Source: Thermoanaerobaculia bacterium
GTDB taxonomy: Bacteria; Acidobacteriota; Thermoanaerobaculia; UBA5066
Direction of reading: 5' to 3'
Assembly (NCBI GenBank): GCA_963719225.1
Contig: CAVRAY010000002.1
Location: 672,001 to 736,000 of the forward strand
Length of the DNA stretch: 64,000 nucleotides
Below are positions 54,986 through 64,000 of this stretch, piece by piece. How positions within the stretch are numbered: the first letter of the stretch is position 1; each line of letters opens with the position of its first letter. The position numbers were made by a program, and so were the translations under genes. The notes beneath the pieces were generated by a model, which saw nothing but the letters and a program-made list of their open reading frames with translations, searched no databases and was not told the DNA's origin.

Positions 54986-56385
54986 ATGGTGCGGCGCGAA
55001 CTCTCCCCGGAGGAAGCGCGCGCCCTCGCCCAGATCGTCGGTGACGGTCACCTCCTCGCCGCGGCGGACGACCTCGCGCCGTATGCGAAGGACTGGACCC
55101 GGGATCTCGCGGCCGTTCCGGCGGCCGTCGCGCGGCCGCGCACGACGGAGGAGGTCTCGCGCCTCCTCGCGTACTGCAACGCGCGCGCGATTCCCGTGAC
55201 GCCGCAGGGCGGGCGCACGGGGATGTCGGGCGGCGCGCTCGCGATCCACGGCGGCCTCGGCCTAGCGCTCGACCGCATGACGTCGATCCTCGAGATCGAC
55301 GCGGACAACTTCGTCGCGGTCGCCGAGCCGGGCGTCGTGACGCAGACCCTCCAGGAGGCCGCCGAGGAGAAGGGGCTCTACTACCCGCCGGATCCCGCGT
55401 CGCGCGGGTCGTGCACGATCGGGGGCAACGTCGCGGAGAACGCGGGAGGCCCGCACGCGGCGAAGTACGGCGTGACGGGACGCTGGGTCCTCGGCCTCGA
55501 GGCGGTCTTCGCGGATGGCTCCGTCGCCGAGACGGGCGGCAAGACGCGCAAGGACGTCGCCGGCTACGACCTGACGTCGCTCCTCGTCGGGAGCGAGGGG
55601 ACGCTCGCCGTCGTCACGAAGGCGTGGCTGCGCCTCATCGCGAAGCCCGCCGTGTGGGCGACGATCCTCGCCCCGTTCCCGTCGCTCGAGAGCGCGGTCG
55701 CGGCCGTTTTCGAGGTCCACCGCCGCGGCCTCGTCCCGTCCGCGTGCGAGGTCGTGGACCGCCCGTCCGTCGAGGTCGCGTCGCGGAAGAAGGGCGCCGC
55801 CGTGCCGTTTCCCGAGGCCGAGGCCCGCCTCCTCCTCGACTTCGACGGACCCACGGGCGAGGAGGTCGAGCGCGAGGTCACGGCGGCGGGAGAGATCCTC
55901 CTCGAGTGCGGCGCGCTCGACGTCGCGCTCGCGGCCGACGAGCCGCGCCGGCGCGCGCTCTGGGACGTGCGCCGCGGGATCGCCGAGGCGATCTGCGAGC
56001 TCGGCGTCTCGTTCGAGCTGGATCTCGCGGTGCCCCGCTCGGCGCTCGTCGCGCTCGTGACGGGCGTGAGGCGGCGGGCCGCGGAGGCGCGCCTCAGGGC
56101 GTTCGCCTACGGGCACGCGGCCGACGGGAATCTCCACGTGCGGCTCCTCGACGAGGGAAACGCGACGCTCGACGAGGCGCGGGTCTCGTCCGTCCTCACG
56201 GAGATCTACGCGGAGACCGTGCGTCTCGGCGGCACGATCACGGGCGAGCACGGCGTCGGGGTCACGCTCCGCGATTTCCTGCCGCTCCGCCGCCCGCCCG
56301 CGTTCCTCGCCGCGATGCGCGCCGTGAAGTCCGCGCTCGACCCGAACGGGATCCTGAACCCGGGCAAGGTGATCCCGGCCGCCGG

Positions 56386-56389
<4 letters not shown>
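54986..56389 (+). CDS. FAD-linked oxidase (GlcD / D-lactate dehydrogenase family)
   Basis: PQGGRTGMSGG, YPPDPAS, TIGGNVAENAGG, GSEGTL, GHAADGNLH, TGEHGVG, LDPNGILNPGK. Confidence 0.92.
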
Positions 56390-57633
<1,244 letters not shown>

Positions 57634-57664
57634 GGCACGGCGCCCTCCGCTAGACTCGCGGGAT

Positions 57665-59119
57665 ATGCCGGAATCCGCCTTCGAGGCCGTGATCGGGCTC
57701 GAGGTGCACGCGCAGCTCAGGACGAGGAGCAAGGCGTTCTGCCCGTGCCCCGTCACGTTCGGAGCGCCGCCGAACACGGCCGTCTGCCCCGTTTGCCTCG
57801 GGTATCCCGGCGCGCTGCCGGTCCCGAACCGCGAGATGGTGACGCTCGCCATGCGCGTCGCGCTCGCCTGCGGCTGCACGATTTCGCCGCGGTCGATCTT
57901 CGAGAGGAAGAACTACTTCTACCCGGACCTCCCGAAGGGCTACCAGATCTCCCAGTACGAACGGCCGCTCGCGACGGGCGGCTCCGTCGCGGTCGTGACA
58001 GCCGCGGGCCGCCGGGAGATCCGCCTGAACCGCATCCACCTCGAGGAGGACGCGGGAAAGTCCATGCACGAGGTGCCGTGGGACGACGTGCCGTCGGCCG
58101 CGACGCTCGTGGACCTGAATCGCGCCGGCACGCCGCTCATCGAGATCGTGACGGAGCCGGACCTCGCGTCGCCGGACGAGGCGCACGACACTCTCGTCCG
58201 GCTGCGCCGTCTCGTGCGCTGGGTGGACGCGTCGGACGGGAACATGGAGGAGGGGTCCCTGCGCTGTGACGCGAACGTGTCCCTTCGTCCCCGCGGCGCG
58301 CGCTCTCTCGGCGTCAAGGTCGAGATCAAGAACCTGAACTCGATCGCGCACGTGAAGAAGGCGCTCGAGCACGAGATCGCGCGGCAGGCGGCTGCGCTGT
58401 CGTCGGGCGACGCCGTCGTGCAGGAGACGCGCCTCTTCGAGCCCGGGACGGGCGCGACGAAGACGATGCGGTCGAAAGAAGAGGCGATGGACTATCGCTA
58501 CTTCCCGGACCCGGACCTCGGGCCCCTCGAGGTGGGTGCCACGTGGATCGCGGAGGTGAAGGCGTCCCTGCCCGAGATGCCGGAGCCGCGCGCCGCGCGC
58601 CTCGCGGCAGCGTACGTGCTGCCGGCCGCGGACGCGGAGCTCCTCTGTTCGGCGCGAGCGCTCGCGGACTGGTACGAGTCGGCCGTCGCCGCGCATCCGT
58701 CGAATCCGAAGGCGGTCGCGAACTGGCTCCTCTCGGACCTGCTCGGCCGGATGTCGGACGCGGACCGGCAGGCCGGGCGCGTCCCCGTCCCGCCGGAGCA
58801 TCTCGCGGCCCTCGTCGCCCTCATCGACGCGGGCACGATCTCGGGAAAGATCGCGAAGGAGATTCTCCCGGCCGTCATCGAGACGGGGAAGCGGCCGGCG
58901 GACCTCGTGCGCGAGGGGGGGCTCGTCCAGATCGCGGACGAGACCGCGCTCGGCGCGGCCGTCGCGGCCGTTCTCGCCGGGAACCCGGATCAGGTTGCCG
59001 CGTACCGCGGCGGAAAGGCCGCGACGTTCGGCTGGTTCGTCGGGCAGGTGATGAAGGCGACGGGCGGCAAGGCCTCTCCCGCGGTCGTGAACCGCCTCCT
59101 GAAGGAAAGGCTCGGTTGA
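57665..59119 (+). CDS. gatB: Asp/Glu-tRNA amidotransferase subunit B
   Basis: VIGLEVHAQL, RKNYFYPDLPKGYQISQ, HLEEDAGK, LRCDANVS, RSKEEAMDYRYFPDPDL. Confidence 0.98.
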   Translation: MPESAFEAVIGLEVHAQLRTRSKAFCPCPVTFGAPPNTAVCPVCLGYPGALPVPNREMVTLAMRVALACGCTISPRSIFERKNYFYPDLPKGYQISQYERPLATGGSVAVVTAAGRREIRLNRIHLEEDAGKSMHEVPWDDVPSAATLVDLNRAGTPLIEIVTEPDLASPDEAHDTLVRLRRLVRWVDASDGNMEEGSLRCDANVSLRPRGARSLGVKVEIKNLNSIAHVKKALEHEIARQAAALSSGDAVVQETRLFEPGTGATKTMRSKEEAMDYRYFPDPDLGPLEVGATWIAEVKASLPEMPEPRAARLAAAYVLPAADAELLCSARALADWYESAVAAHPSNPKAVANWLLSDLLGRMSDADRQAGRVPVPPEHLAALVALIDAGTISGKIAKEILPAVIETGKRPADLVREGGLVQIADETALGAAVAAVLAGNPDQVAAYRGGKAATFGWFVGQVMKATGGKASPAVVNRLLKERLG

Positions 59120-59826
59120 TCGAGTTCTACCGCGTCGCCAAGGAGTACCAGGGCCGGCGCGTCCTCAAGGACGTCACGTTCCAGGCGAAGAAGGGCGAGT
59201 TCCTGTTCCTGACGGGGCCGTCGGGCGCCGGGAAGACGACCCTCCTCAGGATGATCTTCCGCGCCGAGAAGCCGACGGAGGGGCAGATCATCGTGAACGG
59301 GATGAACGTGAGCGGGATGCCGCCCGCGCGCGTCCCGTCGCTCAGGCGCTCGATGGGCGTCGTCTTCCAGGACTACAAGCTCCTCCCGCGCCGGACGGTC
59401 CTCGAGAACGTGACGTACGTCCAGAAGTTCCTCGGCGTGCCCGCGGCCGAGAGGCGGCGCCGGGCCTACCAGACGCTCCGGCTCGTCGAGCTCCACCACC
59501 GGATGTCCGCGCTCCCCGAGGAGCTCTCCGGGGGCGAGCAGCAGCGCGTCGCGCTCGCGCGCGCGCTCGTGAACGACCCCGTCCTCCTCGTGGCGGACGA
59601 GCCGACGGGCAACCTCGATCACCGGCTCGCGCAGGAGGTCATGAAGCTCCTCGTCGAGGTCAGCATGCGCGGCACGACGGTGCTCGTCGCGACGCACGAC
59701 CAGGACATGATCCGCGCCGTCGGCCGCCGGTGTCTCACGCTGGACGGGGGGCGGCTCGTCGAGGGGCTCGTGGACGCCGCGCTCCCGCCGCAGGCCGTCC
59801 ACCGGCGCGACGAGGCGCCTCGGTGA
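59116..59826 (+). CDS. ftsE: Cell division ATP-binding protein FtsE
   Basis: TTG start overlapping the gatB stop; [43 protein letters not shown]. Confidence 0.92.
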   Translation: MIEFYRVAKEYQGRRVLKDVTFQAKKGEFLFLTGPSGAGKTTLLRMIFRAEKPTEGQIIVNGMNVSGMPPARVPSLRRSMGVVFQDYKLLPRRTVLENVTYVQKFLGVPAAERRRRAYQTLRLVELHHRMSALPEELSGGEQQRVALARALVNDPVLLVADEPTGNLDHRLAQEVMKLLVEVSMRGTTVLVATHDQDMIRAVGRRCLTLDGGRLVEGLVDAALPPQAVHRRDEAPR

Positions 59827-60728
59827 AGGGCGCGACGTCGGTCGCGGCGCTCTGGAGCGAGGCGTTCGAGGGCCTCGTGCGGGCGCGGCGCATGACGTCT
59901 CTCTCGATCGCGCTCATCGCGATCTCGATCGGGCTCGTCGGCGCGTTCTTCCTCGTCGCGGAGAACCTGAAGGGGGTCGTCGAGACCGTGCGCGACGAGT
60001 CGGCGGTGACCGTGTTCCTGAGGCCCGGGGTCTCCGACGCGGACCGCGCGGACCTCGAGCGCGTCGCGAAGGAGTCGCGCCTCGTCGCCCGCATGAAGCG
60101 CGTGACGCCCGACGAGGCCCGGGCGCGCTTCTCGGACTGGTGGCGCTCGCTCGCTCCCGCGGCGCGCAGCCTTCCGACGAACCCGTTCCCGGAGTCCCTC
60201 GAGCTCGACCTCGACCCGTCGGCCATCTCGTCTCAGGCCGTGCCCGGTTTCCTGAAGAACCTCGCCGCGCACCGCGCCGTCGAGGAGGTCCAGTTCGACG
60301 TCGAGTGGATCCGCCGGCTGCGCGGTGCGGTGCAGCTCGCGAAGGCGGCCGCGTTCGTCCTCGCGGCGCTCCTGACGCTCGGCGCCGCGTTCACGATCGC
60401 GAACGTCGTGCGCCTCACGATCCTCCTCCACCGCGACGAGATCGAGATTCTGCGCCTCGTCGGCGCGCCGGAGCTCCTGATCCGCGGGCCGTTCGTCCTC
60501 GGCGGGCTCGTCCAGGGCCTGCTCGGGGCGGTGCTCGCCGTCGCGGGGCTCTGGCTCGTCTACCGCGGCGTCATCGCGTGGGTCGCGGCGACGAAGAACG
60601 CGTTCCTGAGCGTCTTCGCGGTGCGCTTCCTCCCGGGCCAGACCTCGCTGCTCCTCCTCCTCTTCGGCCTCACCGCGGGCGTTGTCGGCGGCCTCCTCGC
60701 CGTGCGGCGGAAGAACCTGGCTGGGTAG
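59823..60728 (+). CDS. ftsX: Cell division permease FtsX
   Basis: TM, NPFPESL, IANVVRLTI, EIEILRLVGA..LIRGPF. Confidence 0.92.
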   Translation: MKGATSVAALWSEAFEGLVRARRMTSLSIALIAISIGLVGAFFLVAENLKGVVETVRDESAVTVFLRPGVSDADRADLERVAKESRLVARMKRVTPDEARARFSDWWRSLAPAARSLPTNPFPESLELDLDPSAISSQAVPGFLKNLAAHRAVEEVQFDVEWIRRLRGAVQLAKAAAFVLAALLTLGAAFTIANVVRLTILLHRDEIEILRLVGAPELLIRGPFVLGGLVQGLLGAVLAVAGLWLVYRGVIAWVAATKNAFLSVFAVRFLPGQTSLLLLLFGLTAGVVGGLLAVRRKNLAG

Positions 60729-60763
60729 CAGCGGGCGCAGGCGCGAAGCGCCGAGCGGAAGGT

Positions 60764-60790
60764 CCGGAAACCCGCCAGACGGGTTTCCGG
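60764..60790. terminator. Hairpin between convergent ftsX and AI-2E genes
   Basis: CCGGAAACCCG-N5-CGGGTTTCCGG, a perfect 11-bp stem. Confidence 0.65.
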
Positions 60791-60793
60791 GAA

Positions 60794-61954
60794 CTACAGG
60801 TTCGCGAGCAGCGACTCCGGCTCCTCGGGCGGCTCGGGGTCCGGCGTCCTCTCGCCGAGGAGCGCGGCCCACGGCGCGTAGCGCTCGAAGCGTTCCGTGA
60901 CGACCTTGATCGTCGCCGTGAGCGGGACGGCGAGGATCGCGCCCGGGATCCCCCAGAGGATGCCCCAGAACAGGAACGCGAAGAGGACCGCGAGCGGATG
61001 GAGGCGCACGCGACTCCCGACGATGAACGGCGTCAGGACGTTCCCCTCGAGGAACTGGACGACCGCGTAGAAGACGAGGACCTTCACGGGGAGCGCCGCG
61101 TCGCTCGAGGCGAGGATCGCGATCAGGAACGCGGGCGTCGTCGACATGATGACGCCGACGTACGGGATGAGGACGCAGACGCCCGCGAGAGGACCGAGCA
61201 GGTAACCGTAGGGGACGCGCAGGACGAGAAGGCCCGCCGTCGTGACGCACGCCGTGATGAGGACGACGAAGAGCTCGCCGAGCACGTACCCCGACAGGAC
61301 GCGCGCGACGCCTTCCGCGAAGTCCTGGGCCGCGCGCCCGCCCTTGAGCCGGAGGATCTTCGCGACGGCGCCCCCGTACTTCTCGCGGTCCTTGAGCATG
61401 AAGAACGAGAGCATCGGGACGGCGGCCGTGTAGAGAAGCAGTGAGAGCACGGTCTTGACCTGGATCGCGACGCGCGAGAGGGAGTCGAAGGCGTCGGCCT
61501 CGAGACGGACGGCGCGCACGCTCCGGTCCCCCTCGGGAAGAAGCGAGCGCGTGCGCTCCTCGATCCGCGCGAAGAGCCCCTGCGCCTTCGACGTGAAGGC
61601 ACGGATCTTCGTCTCGTAGGACGGCAGGTCGCGCGAGAACGCTTCGACCTGGCCGAGCGCGTTCACGACGAAGAAGACGACGAGAGCCGTCAGAAGGAGA
61701 ATGACGACGAAGACGGCGAGCGTGCGCGGGAAGCGGATCCGCTCGAGGAGGCCGACGAAGGGCTGGAGCGCGAAGGAGAGGAAGAGGCCGAAGAAGAACG
61801 TCACGAACAGGACCTTGCCGGCCCACAGCAGGCCGACGACCGCCGCCGTCGCGAGCACGACGAGCGCACGGGACCGGAACACGCCACCGCCGCCCGGGGC
61901 GGACCCCGTGGAAAACGTACCGGTCGAAAAAAGGCCGCTCGATCCCGACTCCAC
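60794..61954 (-). CDS. AI-2E family transporter
   Basis: LIPYVG, VQFLEGNVLTPFIVG, LHPLAV, WGIPGAILAVPL. Confidence 0.92.
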   Translation of the reverse strand: MESGSSGLFSTGTFSTGSAPGGGGVFRSRALVVLATAAVVGLLWAGKVLFVTFFFGLFLSFALQPFVGLLERIRFPRTLAVFVVILLLTALVVFFVVNALGQVEAFSRDLPSYETKIRAFTSKAQGLFARIEERTRSLLPEGDRSVRAVRLEADAFDSLSRVAIQVKTVLSLLLYTAAVPMLSFFMLKDREKYGGAVAKILRLKGGRAAQDFAEGVARVLSGYVLGELFVVLITACVTTAGLLVLRVPYGYLLGPLAGVCVLIPYVGVIMSTTPAFLIAILASSDAALPVKVLVFYAVVQFLEGNVLTPFIVGSRVRLHPLAVLFAFLFWGILWGIPGAILAVPLTATIKVVTERFERYAPWAALLGERTPDPEPPEEPESLLANL

Positions 61955-62001
61955 GGCGGGTTCAGTGTACCGCCGCCGTGGAAGCCGGAATCAGGCGGGC
62001 G

Positions 62002-63393
62002 TCACGGGAACGTGACGGTGACGACCGCCCGACGGTTGCGCGTCGCGTCGGCGGAGTCCCCGTCGCCCTTGACCTCGGTGGTGATCCGCGAGCCGTCGAT
62101 CCCGTGCCGCTTCATGAGGTAGTCCTTCGCGGCGTCGGCGCGGGCGCTCGCGAGCGCCACGCGGTCCCCCTTCTCCTTGCCGTCGGTCCAGGCGGAGACG
62201 GTGCAGGTCGCGGCGAGGTTGTTCTTCAGGCGCAGGGCGACGCCGTCCAGGATCGCCTTCGCGATGTTCGTGAGCCGGCTCTTACCGCCGTCGAAGAGGA
62301 TCTCGTCGGTCGTCGAGGTCGCCGGGCGCGCGGCCGGAGCCGTCACGACGGCGGGCTCGGACGGGGCCGGCGCGGGGGCCACGACGGGCGCCGGCTCGGG
62401 CGGGGCGGCCGGGACCGGCTCGGTCGCGGGGGGCGGCTCCTCGCGCATCGGCGCGACCCGGGGCTTCGCCTGCTGCGGGGCGGCGGGCGCGTACGCGAAC
62501 TGGACGAGCCCCCCGATGTTGCCCGGGCTGGAGCCGTACCTGGCCCAGCGGTCGATGTTGATGCGGACGGCGCCGGACGCCGTGAAGTCGCCGAACGCGA
62601 AGCGGCCGCCGAGGAGCGCCTCGGAGGTGTCGACGGGCTGCGTGTCGCCGCCGTCGAAGTGGATGCGGTTGATCTCGCCGATCGCCTTGAAGACGTGCGG
62701 GACGATCGGGACGGCGACGCCGACCGCGTTCGTCCACTCGTTCGAGAGGTTGTACCCGGTATTCTGGTCGGTGGGCGACTGCGTTCCGCCGCCGAGCTTG
62801 CCGGTCAGGAGATAGCGCGACTGGAACGTGACCCAGCCGAACGAGAACGAAGCGCCGAAGTCGTAGTCGGAGCGGGTGGTCCCGAGGGCGTTCACGTCGT
62901 TCCGGGACTGCGTCGGGATCGCGATCCCGCCGAAGACGGCGACGCGCACGGGCTCCCGCGGACTCAGGAGGATCTTCGTCCCGATGCGCACCTTGTCCAT
63001 CTCGGTGTGCGTGAACCCGCCGGCGCGGGTGTGGCCGCCGATCACGCCCTCCCAGGCGTTCGACTCGGCGTGGTACCGGTTCGAGCCGGTGCCGACGACG
63101 ATCTCCCAGCGGTCCATGAGGCCGTAGCCCACGCTGCCTCCGGTGCGCATGAGGTCGTAGCGCAGCGGGTCGTCCGCGAGCGTGGAGGCGCCCGGCACGG
63201 GCGCCGCGACGGGAGTCCACATGCTCCAGGACAGGCCGAACGAAAAGCGGCCGGCCGCGAGCATGTCCGCGTTCGTGATCTCGAAGAGGCCCGTCTCGCC
63301 CGAGAGGGTCGGGGCGACCTGCGCCCGCGCCGGGAGGGAGAGCACGAAACACGCGGCCGCGGCGAGGGACAGTCGGGTCCGCATCCGTCTCAT
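62002..63393 (-). CDS. OmpA-family outer membrane protein (beta-barrel, Pro-rich linker, OmpA C-terminal domain)
   Basis: Signal peptide, GETGLF, PA-rich linker, ILFDGGKS, LASARADAAKDYL, RNRRAVV. Confidence 0.88.
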   Translation of the reverse strand: MRRMRTRLSLAAAACFVLSLPARAQVAPTLSGETGLFEITNADMLAAGRFSFGLSWSMWTPVAAPVPGASTLADDPLRYDLMRTGGSVGYGLMDRWEIVVGTGSNRYHAESNAWEGVIGGHTRAGGFTHTEMDKVRIGTKILLSPREPVRVAVFGGIAIPTQSRNDVNALGTTRSDYDFGASFSFGWVTFQSRYLLTGKLGGGTQSPTDQNTGYNLSNEWTNAVGVAVPIVPHVFKAIGEINRIHFDGGDTQPVDTSEALLGGRFAFGDFTASGAVRINIDRWARYGSSPGNIGGLVQFAYAPAAPQQAKPRVAPMREEPPPATEPVPAAPPEPAPVVAPAPAPSEPAVVTAPAARPATSTTDEILFDGGKSRLTNIAKAILDGVALRLKNNLAATCTVSAWTDGKEKGDRVALASARADAAKDYLMKRHGIDGSRITTEVKGDGDSADATRNRRAVVTVTFP

Positions 63394-63539
63394 CGAACTT
63401 CTCCTTTGCCGCCTGCGGCGGGCGTCGGCGCCCGGGTTGGCGGGGAACTGCCTCGAACCGATGCCCAGAAGACGGGAAATTGCCGATCGATTCTAACCCG
63501 TCCCGGTTCGGGAGAGCAAACGAGGGGAATGACTTACGG

Positions 63540-64000
63540 TCAGAGCAGAGGATTCATCTTCTCCCGGAAGCCCCGGGCGGCCGCCGGACCGCGCAACGCG
63601 GCGATCGCCTCCTCGAGCGTCCGGATGAGATCCCGCACGACGTCGAGGCCTCGGCCGCGGTCCAGTTCGGCGAGAGCCGCGCGGTACGGACGCTCGATCG
63701 AGGGGTCCCCGGCGGCCACCGCCGCGCCCTCGGCCTCCTGCTTGACCTTCGTGCAGAGAATCTGGAGGCTGCGCTTCTCGTCCCCCTTCGACAGGGCCTG
63801 GAACGCGCCGCTGTGCGACGAGACGTTCGGGATGCTCTGGCCGGTGCCGGGGGGGACGGCGAGCGGCGAGGCGGCGGGAACGCTCGGGCGGACGGGGACG
63901 GAGGGGGCGGGCGCCCGGCCCTTGACCATCTCGACCAGCTCGGCCGTCACGAGGCCGTAGAGCGTCTTGGCGACGTCGAAGGACGAGGTCTTGAGGCTCC
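63540..64000 (-). CDS. C-terminal part of a probable DUF4388-type protein (5' end outside the window)
   Basis: Frame open to the window edge: SLKTSSFDVAKTLYGLVTAELVE, a winged-helix-like segment. Confidence 0.5.
   Translation of the reverse strand, partial: SLKTSSFDVAKTLYGLVTAELVEMVKGRAPAPSVPVRPSVPAASPLAVPPGTGQSIPNVSSHSGAFQALSKGDEKRSLQILCTKVKQEAEGAAVAAGDPSIERPYRAALAELDRGRGLDVVRDLIRTLEEAIAALRGPAAARGFREKMNPLL

Noticed and set aside
57665-60728. gatB without gatCA and ftsEX without envC as a novel operon
   Set aside because: Split arrangements of these genes are common; the partners are probably elsewhere in the genome.

Overview
High-GC bacterial window. Gene content suggests Acidobacteriota, possibly Thermoanaerobaculia; this is inference only. 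It holds about 50 densely packed CDSs, and I found no rRNA, tRNA, CRISPR array, transposase or phage genes. Housekeeping blocks include icd-aceK, gltA, fabH, lepB, queF, fbaB, gatB, ftsEX and OmpA. There is a sigma-54-controlled MacAB-type ABC exporter operon with its own two-component system. An accessory island at ~26.7-42.6 kb is the main discovery candidate. It encodes an OprO/OprP-type porin, a signal-peptide-bearing family I pyrophosphatase, four CYTH/TTM-like proteins (one exported), a DASS transporter with a membrane-anchored partner, PiT plus DUF47 and a metallophosphoesterase. Two matching sigma-54 promoters with the same tandem TGCGG-N4-CCGC enhancer pairs lie next to an NtrC-type activator and a soluble PAS kinase. 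Together these suggest a sigma-54-regulated system for taking up and hydrolysing condensed phosphates. Other signals are a degenerate palindromic repeat family embedded in frame in unrelated genes, many apparently leaderless or bidirectional promoters, a MATE gene remnant, a Fur remnant, and five frameshifts that may be assembly errors.
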